DNA of 63,740 bases, the filler included, from Octopus bimaculoides (Eukaryota): assembly GCF_001194135.2 (NCBI RefSeq). It is 7 parts of 6 records of this genome, joined end to end, with 100 filler letters (N's around TTAATTAATTAA, not from the genome) between each part and the next. Parts side by side here need not be neighbours in the genome. Positions count along the whole stretch, not along the records: positions 1 to 11,818 come from NC_069008.1; 6 more parts are not named here. One strand, given 5' to 3'. The translations under genes and the position numbers were made by a program. Below, in pieces: positions 1 to 11,784 of the stretch. The first letter of the stretch is position 1; the number at the start of each line of letters is the position of its first letter. Under the pieces are notes generated by a model. That model worked only from the letters and a program-made list of their open reading frames with translations. It was not told the origin of the DNA and ran no database searches.

Positions 1-535
1 AAAAGGCCAAAGGTGAGAACAAACGTCAGACTTGATTCTTTTATTATTTTATTTTATTTGTTTCAGTCATTTGACTTTGGAGCACCGTCTTAAAGGGTTT
101 TAGTTGAAGAAATTGACTCAGAACTTAGTCTTTCTAAGCCTAGTACTTATTCTGTCGATCCTCTTTTGCCGAACGGCTAAGTTATGAAGACATACACACA
201 CTAAAATCAGCAGTGAAGCAATGGTGAGGGACAAACACAGGCACAAAGATACATACACATACATATATATACACACATATAAATATACACACGCACATAA
301 ATATATACTCACATATACATACATAAATTTCTTCCAGCTAGTTCATCATGTTGAACCGTTAATCCCTACACATTCTTTCCTCTCTCTGTTTTTTTTTTCT
401 CTCCCATTCCTTTCTGTCGAAGAAGAGCATAGGCTCGAAAAGTCAAAACTCTTCCATGTTCTAGAGTGATAAACTAATTCACCTGCTTGTTGTTTCTACA
501 CCTGTCTTCGTTTTTTTGATTTTTGTAAATTTGAA

Positions 536-572
<37 letters not shown>

Positions 573-1241
573 NNNNNNNNNNNNNNNNNNNNNNNNNNNN
601 NNNNNNNNNNNNNNNNNNNNNNNNNNNNNNNNNNNNNNNNNNNNNNNNNNNNNNNNNNNNNNNNNNNNNNNNNNNNNNNNNNNNNNNNNNNNNNNNNNNN
701 NNNNNNNNNNNNNNNNNNNNNNNNNNNNNNNNNNNNNNNNNNNNNNNNNNNNNNNNNNNNNNNNNNNNNNNNNNNNNNNNNNNNNNNNNNNNNNNNNNNN
801 NNNNNNNNNNNNNNNNNNNNNNNNNNNNNNNNNNNNNNNNNNNNNNNNNNNNNNNNNNNNNNNNNNNNNNNNNNNNNNNNNNNNNNNNNNNNNNNNNNNN
901 NNNNNNNNNNNNNNNNNNNNNNNNNNNNNNNNNNNNNNNNNNNNNNNNNNNNNNNNNNNNNNNNNNNNNNNNNNNNNNNNNNNNNNNNNNNNNNNNNNNN
1001 NNNNNNNNNNNNNNNNNNNNNNNNNNNNNNNNNNNNNNNNNNNNNNNNNNNNNNNNNNNNNNNNNNNNNNNNNNNNNNNNNNNNNNNNNNNNNNNNNNNN
1101 NNNNNNNNNNNNNNNNNNNNNNNNNNNNNNNNNNNNNNNNNNNNNNNNNNNNNNNNNNNNNNNNNNNNNNNNNNNNNNNNNNNNNNNNNNNNNNNNNNNN
1201 NNNNNNNNNNCTTACATCATTATTTGCACTTTTTTTTACAG

Positions 1242-1308
1242 GAACTAAAAGACACTGCAGTTTTCATGCGAGAGGCCACCTACCGCGATTTGAACCAAGG
1301 AAAACTTG
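1242..1308 (+). CDS. Calpain exon [22 protein letters not shown](G)
   Basis: tttacag| ... cttg|gtaagt; matches the segment just before the catalytic Cys (D..QG.LG). Confidence 0.88.
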
Positions 1309-4300
1309 GTAAGTAGGGAGTATTAGAGGAATGGAAATACTGACAGACAGACGGACAGTAGAACAGACAGGCAGGCTGGGGGAAGGGCGGACAGACGGAC
1401 GGGTGGACGGAGGGACGCAAGAATTGAAAGATAAATGGACAGGAAGACAGGGACAAACAGACATATGAACGGACAAAGAGACAGACAAACAAACTTACGG
1501 ACAGACAGACAGGTACAAAGAGACAGCTATCTAGCTAGATAGACAGACGAACAGACGGACAGACGGACAGACGGACGGACAGACAGACAGACGGACAGAC
1601 AGACGAACAGACAGACAAGCGGACAGACAGAGGGGCAGACAGGTAGATAGATAAGGTAGAGAATCATCATGGACTTATTTCCTTAAATATTTGAAATTCA
1701 GGTAAAAACAGCTTTTAAGTGGCAGGAAATAAGATTAATTACATTTGTCATTCTCTCTCTCTCTCTCTCTATTTATCTATCTATCTATCTTTCTTTATTT
1801 CTGTCTCTCTCTTTCTCTCTCTCTCTCTCACTCATTCTCTCTTTCTCCCTGTCTCTTCCTCTTCTACTCCCGCCTCCTCCTTCTTTAACTTGGTCTCAAA
1901 ATAACCCAACCTATCATTACCTTAAATAAATAAATAAATAAGAGTTAACGAGGACCTGATGAAACCTATTAACATTGAGATACACTAAATAAAGCTTAAA
2001 ACACTGCATTGGTACTCTTCATGCATATATGCACACACGAACCTATGTGCATACAGGCATCCACAGATGCACATACACACACGCACATACATACACACAC
2101 ACACACATACATACATACATGCACACATACAAACATAGTGAACTAACTGCTGGGGAAAGGAGCCGTTTACGTGGGATTTCGATTTCACATTTGTTGAAAG
2201 GATGCAAAGTAACCTGGAACAAAACTTCGTTTCCAAGGAACTCAGAGTTTCCTGGTGGCCGAATGGGTCACAGGTAGTCTAGTGGATTACTATCACCGTT
2301 ATTATCATTACTATTACTACTACTACTATATGCATACATATATATATATATANNNNNNNNNNNNNNNNNNNNNNNNNNNNNNNNNNNNNNNNNNNNNNNN
2401 NNNNNNNNNNNNNNNNNNNNNNNNNNNNNNNNNNNNNNNNNNNNNNNNNNNNNNNNNNNNNNNNNNNNNNNNNNNNNNNNNNNNNNNNNNNNNNNNNNNN
2501 NNNNNNNNNNNNNNNNNNNNNNNNNNNNNNNNNNNNNNNNNNNNNNNNNNNNNNNNNNNNNNNNNNNNNNNNNNNNNNNNNNNNNNNNNNNNNNNNNNNN
2601 NNNNNNNNNNNNNNNNNNNNNNNNNNNNNNNNNNNNNNNNNNNNNNNNNNNNNNNNNNNNNNNNNNNNNNNNNNNNNNNNNNNNNNNNNNNNNNNNNNNN
2701 NNNNNNNNNNNNNNNNNNNNNNNNNNNNNNNNNNNNNNNNNNNNNNNNNNNNNNNNNNNNNNNNNNNNNNNNNNNNNNNNNNNNNNNNNNNNNNNNNNNN
2801 NNNNNNNNNNNNNNNNNNNNNNNNNNNNNNNNNNNNNNNNNNNNNNNNNNNNNNNNNNNNNNNNNNNNNNNNNNNNNNNNNNNNNNNNNNNNNNNNNNNN
2901 NNNNNNNNNNNNNNNNNNNNNNNNNNNNNNNNNNNNNNNNNNNNNNNNNNNNNNNNNNNNNNNNNNNNNNNNNNNNNNNNNNNNNNNNNNNNNNNNNNNN
3001 NNNNNNNNNNNNNNNNNNNNNNNNNNNNNNNNNNNNNNNNNNNNNNNNNNNNNNNNNNNNNNNNNNNNNNNNNNNNNNNNNNNNNNNNNNNNNNNNNNNN
3101 NNNNNNAATGCCATATGAACACAACGCATCCAGCAGAACATATACATCCAAATGATTAATAACAAAAAGTAGAGTTACATTAAAGAATGTAGCTCTAGAT
3201 ATGCCATGACGTAATACAAATCTCTTGTTAAATTCTCAGATTCACTTTTGATGCTTATTGCCAATTTTGCACCATTATTCATTCTGGTCAATTGCAGGAA
3301 TTTTCCGTTTCAATTTTTGGTGGTATGGAGAATGGAAAGAAGTTGTCGTCGATGACCGACTTCCAGTTGACACAAACACCCAAGAATTACTTTACGCTCA
3401 CAATACTTCAGAACCTGACGAATTTTGGGTGTGTCTCTTGGAGAAGGCCTATGCCAAGTAAGACACCTCCATCTCTCTCTCCCTCACTTTCCAACTCTCT
3501 CCAGCATTCTCTTTCTCTCTCTCTCAATTTCTTTTTCTCTTTCTCTCTCTCTCAATTTCTTTTTCTCTTTCTCTCTCTCTCAATCTCTTTTTCTCTTTCT
3601 CTCTCAATCTCTCTCAATTTATATGTTTTGTCTGTGCATCTCTTTTTATATATCTTCATTTTCTTATGTATGCATGCATATATGTGTATGTATGTATATG
3701 TATGTATGTGTGTGTGTGTGTATGTATATACTCTTTAACTAGTATCAGCTCGAAAGTTGAGGTCATGCCAGGGCACCACTGTAGAATGGTTGGTACCAAA
3801 TTTCAGTATTGAATGCTATCCAAATGCCAGAACTGGATGTGATTGTGCCAAAGGCAGCATCCACTCCATCGAAATTCACAAACAGCTACTGCAATAGCTT
3901 AGCGTTCAACTCCACACACAGAAGAATTATGCCTCAGTGACGAGCTGCCTCAGCACAAAAGCAGAATAAGACCATGCCCAGAACAAAAACAAAATAATGC
4001 AATCAAATTGACCACACAGCAATTTGTTCAATAGACAAAGGAGTCCGAGACGGTTGAGTGAACAGGTTTAGTTATAGTCAAGGCACTCCAAATTTAATCT
4101 GTCTGGTGGGAGAGTGGACAGGAGTCGTTTGTATGTAGTCCACTGGCTAAAGTGTAGGTTGTTAGCTGTGTAGTTTCCTCATGATAAGCAGCAGAATGAA
4201 TTTCGTGTGTGAATAGTTATTTGTGTATAGACTCTGTTATGTCTTCGTTTGTACCTTTTTATGGAAGTATTTTCTTTGTTTATTCGTGCTTCATCTGTGG

Positions 4301-4735
4301 AATTCACTGAACATAGGTAGTGGGAAGACCTGGAATTTGGGGGACTTATCTTTTGAACCTATGTCTATGTGACCACTCAGTGGAATCTGTCTAGTACTTG
4401 GATCTCATATTTGTTGTCGGTGAAGAGTCAGTCTATTTCTTAGAGTAAATTTTGTTTGACCTATATAATCTTCATTACATCCTTGACATTTGAAAGCGTT
4501 TATTAAATTCCTTGAAGAACATGTAAAGTGATTTTTTACGGCAAAAATCTGTCCTGATTTGAACTTGTGTGCTGTGTCTTTAATAAGGTTGATTCAAGTC
4601 TCACAACTGGGATGGCCACAGTTTTTGACTGTTCGCGAAGGAATTACAGAAGGCAATTTAGCACTCGTGAGGAATTTTTTGAGCGACTTTGATTGTCTTT
4701 TACTTTTGATTATTTTGTGTGTGCATGCGTGTATA

Positions 4736-4789
<54 letters not shown>

Positions 4790-5921
4790 CATCATCATCA
4801 TTTAATTCTCCATTCTGACATGGGTTGAATTATATATATTTAAATGCATATATGTATATCTTTGTTGGTGAAGGCTTGTTGGCTGCTATGAGAATTTGAT
4901 TGGTGCTTCCACTGGCTTTGGCACGGTGCTACTGACTGGAGGAGTTTCTGAATACATCCGTTTCGAAGACGTTGACCCTGCAGAAATATTCGAGCTGTTA
5001 TCAAGGATGCAAGCCATGAACTCGATGTTTTCGTGTGCCATTGTAAGTATTTGTCTATGTTGGTGGCTGTGGCTTCAGTTTTTGTTTGTTTGTGTGTATA
5101 CATAGATTCATAGATACACATGTACATGTATAAAGCAACCACATTGGTGCCATATAAGAATCCTCCAGCACGTCCTGTAAAGTGGTTGGCATAAGGAGGG
5201 GCATGCTGCTGTAGGAACCATTCCAATGCAAACATTGCAAACGCCTGATGCAGCTCTCTGGGTTGCCATATCTGGTTAAACTGCCCAACCCATGCCAGCA
5301 TGGAAAATGGACGTTAGATGATGAGGAGCATGATGGGGAGAAGGAGGAGGAAACATGTATGTATATATAGTATTAATTGCTAGGAGATGGGTTTTGTATT
5401 TGACAGCACATGTACAGCATGTTTCGACCCATTGGATCTGGGTCTCTTCAGTTACATTGATAAAGGTGTCTCTTCAAGTTAACTTGATGGGCATATCACA
5501 ACAAGCCAGCCTACTCTAAAAAGTGACACATCTTTATCAATGTACCTGAAGAGACCCAGATCCAATGGGTCGAAACATATGCTGTACCTAATTAAAGGTC
5601 TATTACGAATTCCATCTCCTACTATTAATTAATACTATTATCCTAACTGCCACTGCGGTGTTCCTGAAGTAAATCCATTGGTGATTCGAGATAAACTTTA
5701 CAGGCACGGAAGTGCTGTCAGACGGACCTACCCGAGAGCGACAAAACCATTCTGCACGCACTCGTCCAGCGTCCTTGTATTACTGACTTGCAGGGTTCTG
5801 TTGAACAGCTGTTGTCACTTGCAGGAAGGGTCTGACTATCAGACGAGTCCATTCTGAAGATTTCAAAAAAGGCTTTTATAATCTATTTCTAGGTCTTTGT
5901 ATTTTGAAAGTTTCTCCATTT

Positions 5922-5962
<41 letters not shown>

Positions 5963-7143
5963 TTATTGTTGTTATTAGTTCACTTCCTTTGTTTCTATCT
6001 CACTCAGCTGGGTCCTGGGGAAACTACCGAAGGCAAAACAAAGGAAGGCCTCTTTACGATACATGCTTATTGTTTAATAAAACTTGCGAAGGTAAGTTGT
6101 TAATCTTCTCACCTTTTTTTACACCTTTCCTTCATCAATTTTAATTAGCAAAACACAAAACAAAACCAACTGAAGCTGCTGGTGGTGAGCATGAGGATGC
6201 TCATGGTGATGATGATGATGATGATGACGATCATGATGATGGCGATGTGTATAATTATGAAGTATGATGACAATGATGATGAGGAGGAAGAAGGGGAGGA
6301 GGAGGAGGAGGAAGGGGGAGGAGGAGGAGGAGCGATGTCTGTATGTGAGTATAGAACATTCTGTCTGTTTGCAGGTTCAATACCAAGGAAAGGAGGTTGG
6401 CCTTGTAAAACTGAGAAATCCATGGGGCAAAAAGGAGTGGAATGGACCCTGGAGTGATTCGTAAGTAAAACATGTATGTATGTACGTATGTATGCATGTA
6501 GGGGTGGCTGTGTGGTAAGAAGTTTGCTTACCAACCACATGGTTCCAGGATCAGTCCCACTGTGTAGCACCTTCGGCAAGTGTCTTCTACGATAGCCTTG
6601 GGCCGACCAAAGCCTTGGGAGTGGATTTGGTAAATGGAAACTGAGAGAAGCTTGTCCTGTATATATATATGTATATGTTTGTGTGTCTGTGTTTGTCCAC
6701 CCACCATCGCTTGGCAACCAATGTTGGTCTGTTTGCGTTCCTGTAAATTAGCGGTTTGGCAAAAGACACCGATAGATGAAGTTCTGGTGTCAGTTTGTTC
6801 GATTAAAGGTGGTGCTCCAGCATGGCCGCAGTCAAATGACTGAAACAGATAAAAGAATAAAAGAAAAGAACACACACACACACACACACACACACGTACA
6901 TACATGTCAACACACCTGTAGATGCAGTTAATTAACACCACTGCCCCCTCCCCTTCTTTTATTTTCCTCTTTGAAGATCTGAAGAATGGAATGGATTGAC
7001 AGAAGAAGAGAGAAAACGGACGAATCTGGAAGTGAAGGACGATGGAGAATTCTGGTAAGGATTGCCTTCGTTTTGATGTTGTTGTTGTTGGTGTTGTGTG
7101 TCTTTGCTGCTGCTATTACTGTAGCAGCAGCAGCAGCAGTAGC

Positions 7144-7196
<53 letters not shown>

Positions 7197-8241
7197 CAGT
7201 AGTAGTAGTAGTAGCAGCAGTGGCAGCAGTAGTAGTAGCAGTAGCAGTAGTAGTAGTAACAGCAGTAGTAGTAGTAGTAGTAGTAGCAGCAGCAGTAGTA
7301 GCAGTAGTAGTAGTAGCAGTAGTAGCAGTAGTAGTAGTAGCAGTAGTAGTAGTAGCAGTAGTAGTAGTAACAGCAGTAGTAGTAACAGTAGCAGTAGTAG
7401 TAGAAGTAGCAGTAGTAGTAGTAACAGCAGTAGTAGTAACAGCAGTAGTAGTAACAGCAGTAGTAGTAGTAGTAGTAGTAGTTGAAGCTTTTACTACTGT
7501 TGTTGTTATTGCTGTTGTTGTTTGTGTCACTGATGCCTTTACTTCCCATTGTTGTTTTAAACCTCCAACTGCTCCTCCAAAGCACCCCCCTTTCCCCCAC
7601 CTCTAATAACGCCTCTCTCTTTCCCTATCCCTTCACTTCTCACTCATTCTCTCTCTCTTTCTCTCTTCACAGGATGGACATCCATGATCTTGTGAAGCAC
7701 TTCAGTTTCGTCGACATGTGTCACATGGATCCGTTTGCAATAACCAGCTTTGAGGTCAGTCACACATAACTAACAACATACACACACATACATATAAGAA
7801 TACATCCAAACCTCCTGTCTGACCACTTCTGTCCGGCATTCGCCAGGATAGATCGCTAGCCCCTAAACCTTTCTCTATTTTCTCTCCCTGTTTATTTCTG
7901 TGTTCCTTTCTGTTGAAGAGCATAGGCTCGAAACGTAAAAGACTTTCTCACCTTCCTGAGCATTAAACTAATACACCCGTTTCTTGTTTACACACCCGTC
8001 TTCGTCTTTTGGTTTTTTGTAAATTCCCACACGTTACAATGAAGTAGAGAAATTTGAAAAGACAACACGAAACCAGTTATTTCTCAAAATACAATGTTTA
8101 TATACCAAAAAGATTTTATATCATTTTTCTAACATTTTTCTGATATATACTTTAACCATGTAACACAAGCCTTCTGTAGTTTTTTCACTCTTATTATCTT
8201 TTATACATCCAACCACGTGCTTTCACATACCAACTTTCTCA

Positions 8242-8285
<44 letters not shown>

Positions 8286-8592
8286 TTAGGCATTGCGTTG
8301 TGCTCTGAAGCAAGGCACTTCATTTCACTTTGCTCTGCGGTCATTTCATCATCTGACATGTGGCACCCCGCTCGATCTGATGGAGGGAATGAGCTTATGT
8401 CTACACAAACATTTGATCCCTATAAACAAATCATATGTGTGGTTGTTGGGCAAGATCTTTAGGGATAGTCCCCAATGCACCTATAACTCCTGGGATACAT
8501 TTTACCCCTACATTCCATAGTATCTGTAATTCAATAGCTAGGTCCTGGTACTTCGCTATTTTTCTATACCTCTCATATTAATTTTTTCTTCT

Positions 8593-8623
<31 letters not shown>

Positions 8624-10366
8624 AATAATAATAAAGTTGGCGAACCAACAGAATCGTTAGCATGTCAGGTGAAATGCTTAGCACTATTTCGTCTGTCACT
8701 ATGTTCTGGGTTCAAACTCCACCGAGATCGACTTTTCCCTTCATCACTGGGGTCGTTGCATTTGACTAGTCCCCTTCCCCAAATTTCAGGCCTTGTGCCA
8801 GAATTTGAAATCATTATTATCCTTGCTGTTGTTGTTGTGGCTGTTCTTATTGTTGTTGTTGTTGTTGTTGCATTGACAGGGAACAGAGGAGAAAACATCA
8901 GCAAGGAAATGGCACACATTCCGGGAAGATGGCCAATGGGTCGAGAAGATCACATCTGGTGGTAATGATAATTCTAAAGGTGAGGACAGGTTTACCTTGG
9001 GTTACTTCATCTAATGCACCCTTCCTTGTTGTTGTTACTTAGCCTCAAATCAGTCTGATACAACAGATCTTATAACTGGGCTAGTCAATCATCATAATAA
9101 TAATAATAATAATAATAATTATTATTATTATTATTGTTATTATTGTTATTATTATTAAAAATGAAAGGTAGGTCTGGTGAGATTGTTGAGATGCTTGAAC
9201 GGAGATAAAGCAATTAAGAGTATGAAGACCGAGAAAGCCCCCGGCCCATGAGGAATCACTGCAGAGATGCTCAAAATATTTGGCAGTGTTGGCTATAGCC
9301 TAGTCACCCGTATTACGAACCAGGTGATACACGAAGGAGTCATACCCAATGACTGGTGTAGCAGCACCATAGTCAACTGCTACAAAGGTAAAGGGGACGC
9401 TTTAGATACAAATAATTACAGAGGCATCAAGTTGTTGGTTCAGGTAGAGGGTCATAGCCCAACTAATTAGGGAGCGAGTCAGTTTAGATGGGATGTTGTT
9501 TGGGTTCGCACCACTGATGCTATATTTCTGGTAAGACAGCTTCAGGAGAAATACCCAACCAAGGATAAGGGTTAGGGTTAGGGTTAGGGTGGGAGTGAGG
9601 AGAAGAAGTAGGAGTCGGAGCAAAAGAGGAGACGTGGGAGACAGAGAGAGAGACGCAGAGACAAAGATAGCATTAACATCCATGTTTCTATATTTCCATG
9701 AGTTAGACAATATATGTGGGTATGTAACATACATGTATATGTATGCGGGTGTGTGTGTGTGTACTGCTGCTACTACTGTTGCTATGTTATTATTATGCAC
9801 CTCAGATATCTACTGGAAGAATCCTCAATATTTACTGGAGATCCGTGAGGGTGATGGTGATGTCCAAACAGTGATATCCTTGATGCATCGGTTTTTCCGC
9901 GAAGAAATTAAAGTCGGCACACACCTGTACAAGGTCAGTCACTCTAACCCTAACCCCCCCCTCTATACTCCTCCTCTCTACTCCTTTTAACAATGTAATC
10001 AAATCCACTAACGATAACAGCAAAAGCAATAATAATCGTTTCTGTTGAAGGCTCAAGGCCTGGAATTTGGTGGGAGGGGACTTCTCGGTTACCTCGACCC
10101 CCAGTGCTTGATTGGTACTTACCCCGAAAGGATGGAAGGTAAAGTCGACCCCAGCAGAATTTGAGTTCAGAACGTAGCAGCAGACGAAATACCGCTAAGC
10201 ATTTCACCTGTCTCTACGTTCTGAATTCAAATTCCGCCAATGTCGACTTTGCCTTTCGTCCTTTCGGGGGTCAATAGATTAAGTACCAGTTGTGTACTGA
10301 GCTCGATCTAATCTACTGCCCCTCTCTCCCCCAAAATTTCGAGCCTTGTGCTTAGAGCAGAAATGA

Positions 10367-10404
<38 letters not shown>

Positions 10405-11394
10405 ATTTTCATTGTTTTGTGTTTTAGTCATTTTGACTGCGGCGTTACATTGGCAAATAGGTTTTAGTACATATGCATAATATATATATGTATATATATT
10501 TATGTATATATATTTATGTGTGTGTAAGTATAGTATTTGTATGTATGTATATATATGATAAGGATGATGATGATGATGGTAGTTGTGATGGCAATGGTGG
10601 TGATAATGAGGGTGGGGATGTAGATGGTGATGGTAGTGTAGTCATGGTGATGATGATGATGATGATGATGTCACTAATGCAATCTCCACTCGACAGCTGA
10701 AACCTGGCTACCCAACCCCTCTTCCCGAGAAGTTTGATGAGTATGCCACGAAAATGGAAACGAAAATGAAGGAAAAGAAACTTCAAGACTCGACGTTTGG
10801 AATTTTCCTTGCGCCTGGTTCCTATGTCATCGTTCCCTACAACATCAGTAACGAGTCTGCCGAATTCGTTTTGCGAGTTTTCACGGATGTGGCAGTTAAG
10901 ATCAGGTGATTATTATGTTATCTCTTTCTCTACCTGTCCTTTCTCTGTTACCTTAAACAGAGAAAGGACAGAAATGTGTGAATATATATTTCCTCATGTT
11001 GAACTGTTAATCTCCACACATTTTCTTTGTCTTTCTGTTTCCCCCCCCCCCTCTGAATCCTTTCTGACAAAGAGCATAGGCTCGAAATGTAAAAAACATT
11101 TTTCCATTCTCCCCGAGTGTTAAATCAATGCATGATAAAATAAGTATTAGGCTTACAAAGAATAAGTCCTGGGGTCGATTTGCTCGATTAATGGCGGTGC
11201 TCCAGCATGGCCACAGTCAAATGACTGAAACAAATAAAAGAATAAAAGAATATATATACATTACATACACAAATAAGAGGAATGACCAGCAAAAGTGGAC
11301 TCCTATATACTAGAAATAGATGCCGAATCATCTAATATGCTGGACCACTGGTTTTAATTGATTAATATCAATTTCTACCCTTATTATTAAATTT

Positions 11395-11429
<35 letters not shown>

Positions 11430-11705
11430 ATGCACGCATGTATGTATGTACATGCATGCATGAACATGTATGTATGTATGATGCTGTCAGTATATTTCTG
11501 TACGTATCTTTACCTTCGTTTCGGAATGTCTAAATCCTTCTCTTTCAATGTCCATTGCAGGTCCCTCGATGATGTGGAGACAGTCAATCCGGTAAGGTTG
11601 CATCATTGCACTTCTTGTTTGTACACGATTGCAATTTCATAGACCCGACCCTTGGTTTTTTTTACTAGTTAAGGAACTGATTCACTTGAATACACGCTTA
11701 CAAAC

Positions 11706-11784
<79 letters not shown>

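Noticed and set aside
2139-2283. An NCW motif that could be the calpain catalytic Cys exon
   Set aside because: An in-frame TGA lies two codons upstream, there is no usable phase-1 acceptor, and the downstream residues ([11 protein letters not shown]) do not resemble calpain.
6928-7606. Long poly-Thr/Tyr/Val/Ser ORFs (200-213 aa) resembling mucins
   Set aside because: They are translations of an intronic AGT/AGC microsatellite between two phase-compatible calpain exons.
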